Source: Pyrinomonadaceae bacterium
GTDB taxonomy: Bacteria; Acidobacteriota; Blastocatellia; Pyrinomonadales; Pyrinomonadaceae
Direction: 5' to 3'
DNA length: 64,000 nucleotides
Assembly (NCBI GenBank): GCA_036389335.1
Contig: DASVQC010000085.1
Coordinates: forward strand, 1,408-65,407
In this document: one piece after another, positions 53,960 through 61,966 of the stretch
Numbering within the stretch: position 1 is the stretch's first letter
Layout of the letters: every line of letters begins with the position of its first letter
The notes under the pieces: model-generated
Databases searched by the model: none
Told to the model about the DNA's origin: nothing
What the model saw: the letters and a program-made list of their open reading frames with translations, nothing else
Translations under genes and position numbers: made by a program

Positions 53960-55214
53960 ACCAAATCTTACCGAAGATGGGGCACGCCTCGTCCTTGCAC
54001 GGCTGCCGCCTGATGAGCAAGACGACGCCGTCGGCGTCCTGGGGCGCGTTGAACTCCAGCGCGACCTGCTGCCAGTCGCTCGTCCCCGCGGGCGCGGGCG
54101 CGGAGGTGGCTATCGCCGCGCCGCCCTGCCTCGCGACGGCGACGTCGACGACCAGCGTCGCGACGCTCTTCAGGCTCTCCGTGCGGACGAAGAATTCGAG
54201 CCGGTAGCGCGCGCCCGGCTCGACGGCGACGAGCTGCGTGACGTTCGCGTACTGGATGGAAGAGGGCGCGTTGAAGGAGACGCGCAGGCTGCGCGCGCCC
54301 GCGTGGCGCACGTTCGGATCGACCCCGGTCTGCGCCTGCGCCACGGGCGTCACCGACCAGTCGAAGACCCTCCGGCCCGCCGCCCCCGCGTCGTCCTCGA
54401 AGCCGCCGTTCGTCACCTGCCCGGCTGAGACGCGCTCGCCGTCGGCGTCCGCCTCGCGGAAGACGGCGAGCGCCGCGTTGATGCGCTTGGCGGCGAGCAG
54501 CGCCTCGACGAGCGCGTCGCCCGCCGCGCGCTGGGCGCGTTTGTCGTTCGCGCCGAGCGTCGCCCAGAGCTTGAGCGCGTCGTCCGTGCGCTTCTGCCCG
54601 ATGAGGTAGACGATCAGCTCGCCGCGCACGGAGGGCGAGCCGGCGATGGCCGCCGTCACGCGCCCCACGTCGCCGCCGAAGATCGCCCAGACGGAGGCGA
54701 AGATCGGCCCGCGCAGGCTGGTGTCCGACTCCGCCGCGGCGCGCAGCTCGCCGAGGGCCTCCTCGTCGCGACCGGCGCGCAGCAGGAGGTTCCCCAGATA
54801 CCAGCGCGGCATCACGTAGTTGGGCGCAAGCTCGCGCGCGCGCCTGAGCGCAAGCTCGCCGCCCGCCCCGTCGCCCGCCTGCTCGCGCGCCCGGCCCAGC
54901 TCCATCCAGAGCCGGTAGTCGTGGGGCGAGAGCGCGGTCGCGCGCGCGAACTCGCGCGCGGTCTCGTCGAGCGCGGAGGGCTCGAAGCTGCGGCGCGCGA
55001 AGACGCCGACGGTGAAGTGCGCCTGCGGGTCGTCGGGCGCGAGCCGCTCCGCCGCGCGCGCGAACTGCTCGTTCGGCGGGTAGTTGGCGAGCGTGTCGCC
55101 GACGAACCAGCGCCCGCACGCCCACACGCCCCAGAGCGCCAGCGCCGCCGGCACGAGCAGCAGGGCGCGCCGCCACGGCGCGTCCACGTTCACGAGCGTG
55201 AGTTGGTCAGACAT
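53835..55214 (-). CDS. Membrane-anchored TPR-repeat protein with C-terminal carbohydrate-binding-module-like beta-sandwich
   Basis: 459 aa. It has an N-terminal TM (LLLVPAALALWGVWACG) and TPR-like repeats (YRLWMELGRAREQAGDGAGGELALRRARELAPNYVMPRWYLGNLLLRAG). The C-terminal block VTNGGFEDD..WSV..RSLRVSF..YRLEFFVRTE..WQQVALEF..IWYDDFTLQ is typical of CBM4/9-like or galactose-binding-like modules. Confidence 0.62.
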   Translation of the reverse strand: MSDQLTLVNVDAPWRRALLLVPAALALWGVWACGRWFVGDTLANYPPNEQFARAAERLAPDDPQAHFTVGVFARRSFEPSALDETAREFARATALSPHDYRLWMELGRAREQAGDGAGGELALRRARELAPNYVMPRWYLGNLLLRAGRDEEALGELRAAAESDTSLRGPIFASVWAIFGGDVGRVTAAIAGSPSVRGELIVYLIGQKRTDDALKLWATLGANDKRAQRAAGDALVEALLAAKRINAALAVFREADADGERVSAGQVTNGGFEDDAGAAGRRVFDWSVTPVAQAQTGVDPNVRHAGARSLRVSFNAPSSIQYANVTQLVAVEPGARYRLEFFVRTESLKSVATLVVDVAVARQGGAAIATSAPAPAGTSDWQQVALEFNAPQDADGVVLLIRRQPCKDEACPIFGKIWYDDFTLQRAGAGQQQPQQRAAARAAAAAGAAGGGEGGRPAR

Positions 55215-55218
55215 GAAG

Positions 55219-55299
55219 TCAGAGGTCAGAGGCTAGAGGTCAGAGGTCAGTCGGAAACAGGTTTTCACTAACCTCTGATCTCTAACCTCTGACCTCTAC
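55219..55299. repeat. Long hairpin 'b' with stem built of tandem heptamers (TCAGAGG x4.5 / CCTCTGA)
   Basis: The left arm is tcagagg tcagagg ctagagg tcagagg tcag (55219-55250). The reverse complement of the right arm (55268-55299) is gtagagg tcagagg ttagaga tcagagg ttag. Pairing is 27 of 32 Watson-Crick. The 4 internal mismatches are all transitions. The loop is 17 nt. The element fills the 87-nt gap between the stop at 55302 and the start at 55214. Confidence 0.88.
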
Positions 55300-55301
55300 G
55301 T

Positions 55302-57134
55302 TCAATCTTCTTCGCTGAGCGTGTCGATCTGTATGCGGAGGCGTCGGAGGGCGACGCGCGCCTCGCGGCAGACTTCGGTGATCTGGCGGACGCGCTCGTC
55401 GGAGAACTTCGTGCTCGAGAGCACGACCTCCTCGACGCGCTGCTGCTCGCAGATGGAGCGCAGGTTGCCGTTGCCGCTGAAGACGCGCAGCCCGTGGATG
55501 ACGCGGCCCTGCTTGAGCTTGTCGTCGTCGACGAAGCCGACGGGCGTGTAGCGCAGCTCGTCGTTGTTGAAGATCTCCCTGAGCAGCAGCTCGCCGCCGT
55601 CGCCCGCGCCGTAGATGAGCACGCGCCGCCCGCCGCGCAGGCTGCCGGCGGGCAGCAGCTTGCGGAAGAGTCGGAACGCGACGCGGCTTCCCGCGAGCAG
55701 CATGAGGAGGATGATCGCGTCGAGCACGAAGACGGCGCGCGAGTAGCCCTCGAAGCGGAACGCGAAGAGGATGGCGAGGACGCTGCCGACCGACCCGACC
55801 GCGACCGCCTTGGCGTAGACGACGAGGTTGTCCACGCTCACGTAGCGCCAGATGCCGCGGTAGACGCCCATCACGAGGAAGGCCGCCATCTTGAAGAAGA
55901 TGAGGACGGGGATGGCGCGCAGGAAGAGCGCGGGCGCGCCGATCTCGGTGACCGAGCCGAAGAGCAGGAGGTACGAGAAGTAGAACGAGAGCGTGATCAG
56001 CACCACGTCGAGGAGCACCTCGAAGATGCGCCGCTTGTAGGAGAGATCGACGAGGAAGGCGACGAGCTGTTTCTCGCGCGCCGCGCGCAGCTCGTCCTCG
56101 TCGTACACCTTCACGCCCGCGAGGTAGACGCCGAGCAGGGTCAGCACCACCGTGAAGCCGAGGATGGCGGCGAGGCTCACGTCGAGCTTCACCTCGCGCA
56201 CGAGCATGGCGAGCAGGCCCGAGAGCGCGGCGAAGCCGTAGAGCATGAGCACGGCGCGGCGCTCCGACATGCCGAGGGCGACGAGGCGGTGCGAGGTGTG
56301 GTCGCGCCCGCCCTGCGCGGGCGAGCGACCGGCGAGTTGCCGGAGCACGGTGACGAAGGCCGTGTCGAAGATCGGGATGAACAGGATCAGGACGGGCACG
56401 GCGAGGACGGGGAGGAAGGAGCGCGACCGCCCGCCCGCCGCCGACAGGAGCGCCGTGCTGGCGAGGAAGAAGCCGATGAAGAGCGAGCCGCAGTCGCCCA
56501 TGAAGATCGACGCCGGGGCCGAGTTGTAGATCAAGAACCCGAGCAGCGCGGCGGCGAAGACGGCGAGCATCAGCGCCTCGGTCGTCTGCCCGTTGGCGAC
56601 GAAGGCGAGGGCGAGGAAGACGGAGGCGATGGTCGAGATGCCGGCGGCGAGCCCGTCCATGTTGTCGAGCAGGTTGACGGCGTTCGTGATGCCGATCAGC
56701 CAGAACATCGTGATCGCCATGTTGACGGGCGGTGAGGAAGTCCACGGCAGCGCGAGCCCGACCGACGCCGCGCCGCCCGCCGGCGCGCCGAAGTAGACGA
56801 CTATCGCCGCGCCCATCACCTGCCCGACCAGCTTCTGGTACGGCTTGATGTGCAGGAGGTCGTCGACGAACCCGACGGCGAAGAGGAACGCGCTCGCGCC
56901 GACGACGACCCACGCCTGCGGCGTGTGCGGCACGAAGGCCGAGTAGGCGGCGAGGAAGGTGGCGAGGATGGCCGCGCCGCCCATCATCGCCGTCGGCTTC
57001 TTGTGCCAGCGGTCGAGGCGCGGCTTGGCGACGAAGCCGAAGCGGCGCGAGAGCAGCCGCACGAGCGGCGTCAGCGCCGCCGAGAGCGCGAACGAGGCGG
57101 CGACCGCCGCCATCTGTCGGGTGGTGAAAACCAT
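55302..57134 (-). CDS. WecA/MraY-family polyprenyl-phosphate N-acetylhexosamine-1-phosphate transferase fused to a C-terminal 4-TM + Rossmann-like (CoA_binding_3/CapD-N-like) module
   Basis: 610 aa. PNPT motifs are readable: FVDDLLHIKP, ITNAVNLLDNMDGLAAG, IFMGDCGSLFIGFFLA. After about residue 340 come four more TM helices, then RRVLIYGAGDGGELLLREIFNNDELRYTPVGFVDDD..GRVIHGLRVFG. That arrangement normally sits at the N-terminus of WbpM/PglF/CapD dehydratases or bacterial sugar transferases. Confidence 0.8.
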   Translation of the reverse strand: MVFTTRQMAAVAASFALSAALTPLVRLLSRRFGFVAKPRLDRWHKKPTAMMGGAAILATFLAAYSAFVPHTPQAWVVVGASAFLFAVGFVDDLLHIKPYQKLVGQVMGAAIVVYFGAPAGGAASVGLALPWTSSPPVNMAITMFWLIGITNAVNLLDNMDGLAAGISTIASVFLALAFVANGQTTEALMLAVFAAALLGFLIYNSAPASIFMGDCGSLFIGFFLASTALLSAAGGRSRSFLPVLAVPVLILFIPIFDTAFVTVLRQLAGRSPAQGGRDHTSHRLVALGMSERRAVLMLYGFAALSGLLAMLVREVKLDVSLAAILGFTVVLTLLGVYLAGVKVYDEDELRAAREKQLVAFLVDLSYKRRIFEVLLDVVLITLSFYFSYLLLFGSVTEIGAPALFLRAIPVLIFFKMAAFLVMGVYRGIWRYVSVDNLVVYAKAVAVGSVGSVLAILFAFRFEGYSRAVFVLDAIILLMLLAGSRVAFRLFRKLLPAGSLRGGRRVLIYGAGDGGELLLREIFNNDELRYTPVGFVDDDKLKQGRVIHGLRVFSGNGNLRSICEQQRVEEVVLSSTKFSDERVRQITEVCREARVALRRLRIQIDTLSEED

Positions 57135-57176
57135 TTGCGAATCAGAGCTTGTTGCCGACCCTCTACCCGCTTATCT

Positions 57177-57237
57177 CTTGGCGACTTTGCGCCTTTGCGT
57201 GAAACTTATTCTCACGCAAAGGCGCAAAGGCGCAAAG
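57177..57237. repeat. Hairpin 'c' with stem built of tandem octamers (CTTTGCGC x3)
   Basis: The left arm is cttggcga ctttgcgc ctttgcgtga (57177-57202). The reverse complement of the right arm (57212-57237) is ctttgcgc ctttgcgc ctttgcgtga. The inner 18 bp pair perfectly and the outer 8 bp have 2 mismatches. The loop is 9 nt (aacttattc). Confidence 0.88.
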
Positions 57238-57321
57238 CAGGGCGCGGTTCTTCGTGACCGCCGAAAACCTATGCGAAACGGGCGGAGAAATCAAGCGCGG
57301 AGTCGGGGCGCGCCGCGCGCC

Positions 57322-58290
57322 CTAAGACTGCCGCCCGCGGTGGTACTCGACGACGCGCTCGATGATGCCGTCGAGCGACATCTCGGGGCGGAAGCCGACG
57401 AGCGCGGCGACCTTCGTGATGTCGGGCACGCGCCGCGGCATGTCCTCGAAGCCCTCCTCGTAAGCCTCGTCGTAGGGGACGAGGACGATCTCGGACTCGG
57501 ACCGCGTGATCTCCTTAATGCGCCGCGCGAGTTCGAGGATGGAGACCTCCTCGTTCGAGCCGATGTTGAAGACCTGCCCGACCGCCTCGTCCGAGTCCAT
57601 CAGCCCGACGAGCGCGCCCACCACGTCGCCCACGTAGCCGAAGCAGCGCGTCTGCTCGCCCGTGCCGTAGACGGTGATGGGCCGCCCGTCGAGCGCCTGC
57701 CGGACGAAGGTCGGGATGACCATGCCGTACTGCCCGGTCTGCCGCGGCCCCACCGTGTTGAAGAGGCGGACGACGACCGTCGGCAGCTTCTTCTCCCTCC
57801 AGTAGGCGAGGGCCAAGAATTCGTCGATGGCCTTCGAGCAGGCGTAAGACCAGCGCCCCTTCGTGGTCGCGCCCATCACGAGGTTGCCGGACTCTTTGAA
57901 CGGGACGTCGTTCGACAGGCCGTAAACCTCCGAGGTCGAGGCGACCAAGACCTTCTTCCGCTTCTTGCTCGCCTGCGCCAGCACGACCTCCGTGCAGTGC
58001 ACGTTCGTCTCGATGGTGCGCACGGGCGACTCGACGATCAGCTTGACGCCGACCGCCGCGGCGAGGTGGACGACCACGTCGCACTCGTCGATCATCTCGG
58101 CGACGAGCGACTGGTTGTTGACGCTGTCGATGCGGTAGTGGAAGCGCGGGTTCTCTTTCAGGTGCGCGATGTTGCGGATCGAGCCGGTCGAGAGATCGTC
58201 GATGACGTAGACCTCGTCGCCGCGCGCGACGTAGGCGTCCGAGAGGTGCGAGCCGATGAAGCCGGCCCCGCCTGTGATGAGTACACGCAA
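57322..58290 (-). CDS. NAD-dependent epimerase/dehydratase (extended SDR)
   Basis: The real protein begins (L)[36 protein letters not shown] propose a TTG start at 58290, 5 nt after the upstream stop. The track's 170-aa Arg-rich N-terminal extension is rejected. The catalytic YACSK (YxxxK) is present. Sugar specificity is unknown. Confidence 0.8.
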   Translation of the reverse strand: MRVLITGGAGFIGSHLSDAYVARGDEVYVIDDLSTGSIRNIAHLKENPRFHYRIDSVNNQSLVAEMIDECDVVVHLAAAVGVKLIVESPVRTIETNVHCTEVVLAQASKKRKKVLVASTSEVYGLSNDVPFKESGNLVMGATTKGRWSYACSKAIDEFLALAYWREKKLPTVVVRLFNTVGPRQTGQYGMVIPTFVRQALDGRPITVYGTGEQTRCFGYVGDVVGALVGLMDSDEAVGQVFNIGSNEEVSILELARRIKEITRSESEIVLVPYDEAYEEGFEDMPRRVPDITKVAALVGFRPEMSLDGIIERVVEYHRGRQS

Positions 58291-58295
58291 AAAGT

Positions 58296-59636
58296 TCAGT
58301 CCCCTTTCACGCGCGCCGCCGCGCGCCCGATGTCGCCGGAAGTCCCCGCGCCTTCGCGCCGCCCGGGCGCGCGGGTCGCGAGCAAGTTTTCGTAAAGCCC
58401 GAGCACGTCCTCGACGAGCCGCTCCTTCGAGTAGTTGCGCTCGACGAACGCGCGCCCGCGCGCGCCCATCGCCGCGCGCAGCTCCGGGTGGTCGGCGAGG
58501 TGTTCGAGCGCGTGGCTGAAGGCCTCGGCGTCGCCCGGCTCGACCTGCACGCCGCGCGCGCAGACGCGCCACGCGGCGGGCCGGCGCAGCTCCGACGCCT
58601 CGACGCCGCCGAGCAGATCGACGACGCCGCCCACGGCCGTCGCCGCGACCGCGCGCTCCGAGGCCATCGCCTCGATGAGCGTGAGCGGCGTGCCCTCGTT
58701 CAGGGAGGTGAGCGCGACGACGTCGAGCGCGGCGTAGAAGTTCTCCGGGTCGTCGAGCGTGCCCGTGAAGGTCACGTCGTCGGCGAGCCCGAGCGCGCAC
58801 GCGTGCGTTTCGAGATCGAGCCGGAGGTGGCCGTCGCCGACGACGAAGAAGAGGGGGCGCGCCGCGCCGTGATCGCCGCCCTCGCGCCGCGCGGCGAGCC
58901 TCGCCTTGAGCAGCGCGGCGGCCTCTAAGAACAGCCGGTGGTTCTTGATCTCGGTCAGGCGACCGACGATGCCGACGAGCAGCGCCTCGTCGTCGGCGAC
59001 GCCGAGCCCCGCGCGCGCGGCGCGGCGGCGGGCGCGCGAGTCTGAGAAGACCGCGGCGTCGAGCCCGAGCGGCACGATTCTAAACTGCGCGGGGCGACCG
59101 ACGCCAAACCGACCGTTGATCTCGGCGAGCTGCTGCGGGCTGATGACGACGATCACGTCGGTGGCGATCCGCGCCAGCGCGCGCTCGACGGCGAGGAAGA
59201 GTCTCGTCTTCGCCGCGCCGTAGTAGCTGTGGAAGACGTGCCCGTGGTAGGTGTGCACGAAGCGGCAGGCGCGCGGGCGGCCCGCGAGCGCGGCGGGCGT
59301 CAGCCACTTATAGAGGAGGCCCGCGCAGCGCCCGACCGTACCCGCCTTCGCCGTGTGCGTGTGGACGACGTCGGGGCGCAGGCGGCGGAAGAGCCGGTAG
59401 AGCTTCCACACCGTCACCGCGTCCTTCGGCGAAATCTCGCGGCTCATCTCCGGGATGATCACGGGCTCGACGCCCTGTCGCGCCGCGAAGTAACTCATGT
59501 CGTCCTCGCCCGGCGGGACGGTCCCCGCCACGAGCACCGACTCGTGGCCCGCGTCCCTCAGGCCCGCCGTCAGCCACGCGACGTGGCGCGCCGGCCCCCC
59601 GACGTTCAAGCGCGCGATGATGCGAAGGACTCTCAT
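58296..59636 (-). CDS. GT4 (GT-B) glycosyltransferase
   Basis: I prefer the ATG at 59636 (MRVLRIIARLNVGGPARHVAWL), a typical GT4 N-terminus. The track start at 59648 lies inside hairpin 'd'. The C-terminal block is LTSLNEGTPLTLIEAMASERAVAATAVGGVVDLL (E-x7-E). Confidence 0.8.
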   Translation of the reverse strand: MRVLRIIARLNVGGPARHVAWLTAGLRDAGHESVLVAGTVPPGEDDMSYFAARQGVEPVIIPEMSREISPKDAVTVWKLYRLFRRLRPDVVHTHTAKAGTVGRCAGLLYKWLTPAALAGRPRACRFVHTYHGHVFHSYYGAAKTRLFLAVERALARIATDVIVVISPQQLAEINGRFGVGRPAQFRIVPLGLDAAVFSDSRARRRAARAGLGVADDEALLVGIVGRLTEIKNHRLFLEAAALLKARLAARREGGDHGAARPLFFVVGDGHLRLDLETHACALGLADDVTFTGTLDDPENFYAALDVVALTSLNEGTPLTLIEAMASERAVAATAVGGVVDLLGGVEASELRRPAAWRVCARGVQVEPGDAEAFSHALEHLADHPELRAAMGARGRAFVERNYSKERLVEDVLGLYENLLATRAPGRREGAGTSGDIGRAAARVKGD

Positions 59637-59637
59637 A

Positions 59638-59717
59638 GCACTCGGCACTCAGCACTCAGCACTCGGCAAGTCAGAACACGTAGTTTGGCTGACTACTGAA
59701 TGCTGAATGCTGAATGC
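59638..59717. repeat. Long hairpin 'd' with stem built of tandem heptamers (CACTCRG / CTGAATG)
   Basis: The left arm is gcactcg gcactca gcactca gcactcg gcaagtcag (59638-59674). The right arm is ctgactactgaatgctgaatgctgaatgc (59689-59717). The reverse complement of the right arm, gcattcagcattcagcattcag-tagtcag, aligns with 59645-59674. Three C/T differences become G-U wobbles in the minus-sense RNA. The element fills the gap between the stop at 59721 and the start at 59636. Confidence 0.85.
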
Positions 59718-59720
59718 TTC

Positions 59721-60233
59721 TTAATCTTCCATCCGGTAGATCGTGTCGGGGTCGTCCTCGTGCCTGATCTCGTCGATCTCTTCGGCGTGCCCCTCGCCGC
59801 GGTAGAGGCGGTTGGGGCAGTTGATGACGACGCCGGGCCCGTCGCCGACGTTGCGGTAGGCGTGGACGACGCCCTTGGGGACCAGCACCGCGCGCGGGTC
59901 GTCCTCGCCGACCGTGAGCGTCATCACGCGGCGGTAGGTGGGCGAGGCGGCGCGGTTGTCCCACATCCGCAGCTTGAAGTTCGACGGCCCGATGAAGCAG
60001 AAGTAGTCCGCCTGATCGACGTGCTCGTGCGGCCCGCGCTGCACGCCGGGGTGCGTCACCGAGATGTAGGCCATGCGCGGGTGAAACTCCGCCTCCAGCT
60101 CGTCGTGGCGGAACAGCTCGGCGAGCCACCCGCGGTCGTCGAGGAACTTGCGCAGCTCGCGCACCACGACGCCCTCGATCTCGCCGCCCTCGAAGGCGGC
60201 CACTTCGCCGTCAGTTTGCCCGCTGGGTTGCAT
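59721..60233 (-). CDS. dTDP-4-dehydrorhamnose 3,5-epimerase-like cupin (RmlC family, short form)
   Basis: 170 aa. The blocks FLDDRGWLAELFR, VQRGPHEH and VLVPKGVVHAYRNVG form a cupin with the RmlC-like His/Asp/Tyr pattern. The exact substrate is not assignable. Confidence 0.7.
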   Translation of the reverse strand: MQPSGQTDGEVAAFEGGEIEGVVVRELRKFLDDRGWLAELFRHDELEAEFHPRMAYISVTHPGVQRGPHEHVDQADYFCFIGPSNFKLRMWDNRAASPTYRRVMTLTVGEDDPRAVLVPKGVVHAYRNVGDGPGVVINCPNRLYRGEGHAEEIDEIRHEDDPDTIYRMED

Positions 60234-60969
60234 CTTTCAACTCCATTTTGTTGGCCCCGGTCTCGGCGACGAGGTTCGAGGCGTGGAGCAGACTCTCGAA
60301 CGTCCCGGCGTCCGTCCACCACCCTTCCAGCTCGTCCCACGTCATCTCGTCGCGCGCGATGTAGGCGTTGTTGACGTCCGTGATCTCAAGCTCGCCGCGC
60401 CCCGACGGCTTGAGCGTCTTGATGATCTCGAAGACGTTCGAGTCGTACATGTAGATGCCGATGACGGCGTAGTCCGACTTCGGCGCGTCGGGCTTCTCTT
60501 CGATCCTGACGACGCGCTGGCCCGCGAGTTCGGGCACGCCGAAGCGCTGCGGGTCGGCCACCTTCTTCAAGAGTATCTTCGCGCCGCCGCCCTGATGGCG
60601 GTACGAGCGCACCGCGCGGCAGATGTTGCCCTCGATGACGTTGTCGCCGAGGACGATGCAGAGCGGATCGTTGTCGGCGAAGTCTTCGCAGAGCGAGAGC
60701 GCGGCGGCGATGCCGCCCTCGCCCTCCTGATACGTGTAGTTCAGGTGCTTCAGCCCGAAGTCGCGCCCGTTCTTCAGGAGCTTCAGGAAGTCGCCCGCCG
60801 AGTTGCCGCCGGTGACGATCATGATGTCGCGGATGCCCGCGTCGACGAGCGTCCGGATCGGGTAGTAGATCATCGGCTTGTCGTAAACCGGCAGCAGGTG
60901 CTTATTGGTCACCGCCGTCAGCGGTCGCAGGCGCGACCCCAAGCCTCCTGCCAAGACGACACCCTTCAC
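60211..60969 (-). CDS. Sugar-1-phosphate nucleotidyltransferase (RmlA/RfbA-like, short form)
   Basis: 252 aa. MKGVVLAGGLGSRLRPLTAVTNKHLLPVYDKPMIYYPIRTLVDAGIRDIMIV carries the G-x-G-x-R-L-x-P-L-T signature. It overlaps the downstream cupin gene by 23 nt. Confidence 0.85.
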   Translation of the reverse strand: MKGVVLAGGLGSRLRPLTAVTNKHLLPVYDKPMIYYPIRTLVDAGIRDIMIVTGGNSAGDFLKLLKNGRDFGLKHLNYTYQEGEGGIAAALSLCEDFADNDPLCIVLGDNVIEGNICRAVRSYRHQGGGAKILLKKVADPQRFGVPELAGQRVVRIEEKPDAPKSDYAVIGIYMYDSNVFEIIKTLKPSGRGELEITDVNNAYIARDEMTWDELEGWWTDAGTFESLLHASNLVAETGANKMELKDATQRAN

Positions 60970-60991
60970 GCTTCACTCACCTCCGGGGAGA

Positions 60992-61966
60992 TTATTTCAC
61001 AGCCCAAATCTTGATCGAGTCGCCGCAGCGCGCCGCGCCGAGCAGCGCGTTGAGCGCGCCCTTCGCGAGCCGCCTCGCGCGGCCCTTCGCCAGCGCCTCG
61101 TTCAACTGGTAGCCCGTCGCGACGCGGTCGAAGTGTTCGACCTCCGGGCCGCCCGCCCCGCCCGCCCGCGCCGCCGCCGTGTCGCCGCGCCGCCGCAGAG
61201 CGCGCCACAGCTCGAACGGGTTGACGCCGCGCGAGGTGAGCCGCACGCGGCGGAAGCCCGCCGACGCGAGCAGGGCGCGCAGCCCGCCGAGCGAGAACAA
61301 CTGCAAGTGCTCGGGCGGGTGCACCGCGCTCCAACCGACGCCGAGGGCGCGCGCCGAGAGCCCGCGACCGTGCGGCGTCGTGCCCCAGAAGAGCCCGCCC
61401 GGCCTGACGACGCGCGCGATCTCGCGCAACAGCTCTTGCGGCTCCGGCAGGTGCTCTAAAATCTCGCTCGCCGTCACCACGTCGAACGAGGCCGCGGGGA
61501 AGCGCGCCGCGGCCAGCTCGCCGTAGAAGACTTCGAAGCCGCGCGCGCGCACGTGCTCGACCGAGGGGAGAGAGACTTCGACGCCTTCGGCGTCCCACCC
61601 CGCGCGCCGCGCCGCTTCGAGCAGCGAGCCCGCGCCGCAGCCGACGTCGAGCAGCCGGTTCCCTTTGCGGAACGGCGCGAAGCCCGCGACGATCTCGTCG
61701 AGCCGCCGCTCGACGAAGGGCGGCACGCTCAAGTTGGCTTCGTCGTAGTAGTCGTCGTAGTCGCCGCCCGCGCCCGGCGCGCTGAGCGCGTAGAGCGTGC
61801 CGCAGCCCTCGCACGAAGCGATCTCGAGATCGTTCTTGCGCCCGCGCCCGCGCGCGCCCCCCGCGCCGCAGGCCGGGCACGCGCGCCGCGCCGCGCGAGC
61901 CGCGTCCTCGCGCCGCGCCGCCGCCGGTTCGCGCCCGCGGGCCGCCTCAGTCGATAAACTTTTCAA
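60992..61966 (-). CDS. Class I SAM-dependent methyltransferase with N-terminal Cys4 zinc-ribbon
   Basis: 324 aa. CPACGAGG...CEGCGTLYA provides two CxxC pairs. Motif I is LLDVGCGAGSLLEAARRAGWDAEGVEVS, followed by FDVVTASEILEHL and VRPGGLF. It overlaps the asnB-3 3' end by 20 nt. Confidence 0.75.
   Translation of the reverse strand: MKSLSTEAARGREPAAARREDAARAARRACPACGAGGARGRGRKNDLEIASCEGCGTLYALSAPGAGGDYDDYYDEANLSVPPFVERRLDEIVAGFAPFRKGNRLLDVGCGAGSLLEAARRAGWDAEGVEVSLPSVEHVRARGFEVFYGELAAARFPAASFDVVTASEILEHLPEPQELLREIARVVRPGGLFWGTTPHGRGLSARALGVGWSAVHPPEHLQLFSLGGLRALLASAGFRRVRLTSRGVNPFELWRALRRRGDTAAARAGGAGGPEVEHFDRVATGYQLNEALAKGRARRLAKGALNALLGAARCGDSIKIWAVK

Noticed and set aside
58291-58800. The 170-aa N-terminal extension of the SDR ORF (track 57322-58800).
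   Set aside because: It is Arg/Gly/Ala-rich junk that overlaps the 3' end of the GT4 gene in another frame. The Rossmann motif [13 protein letters not shown] must sit at the N-terminus, and a TTG at 58290 fits.
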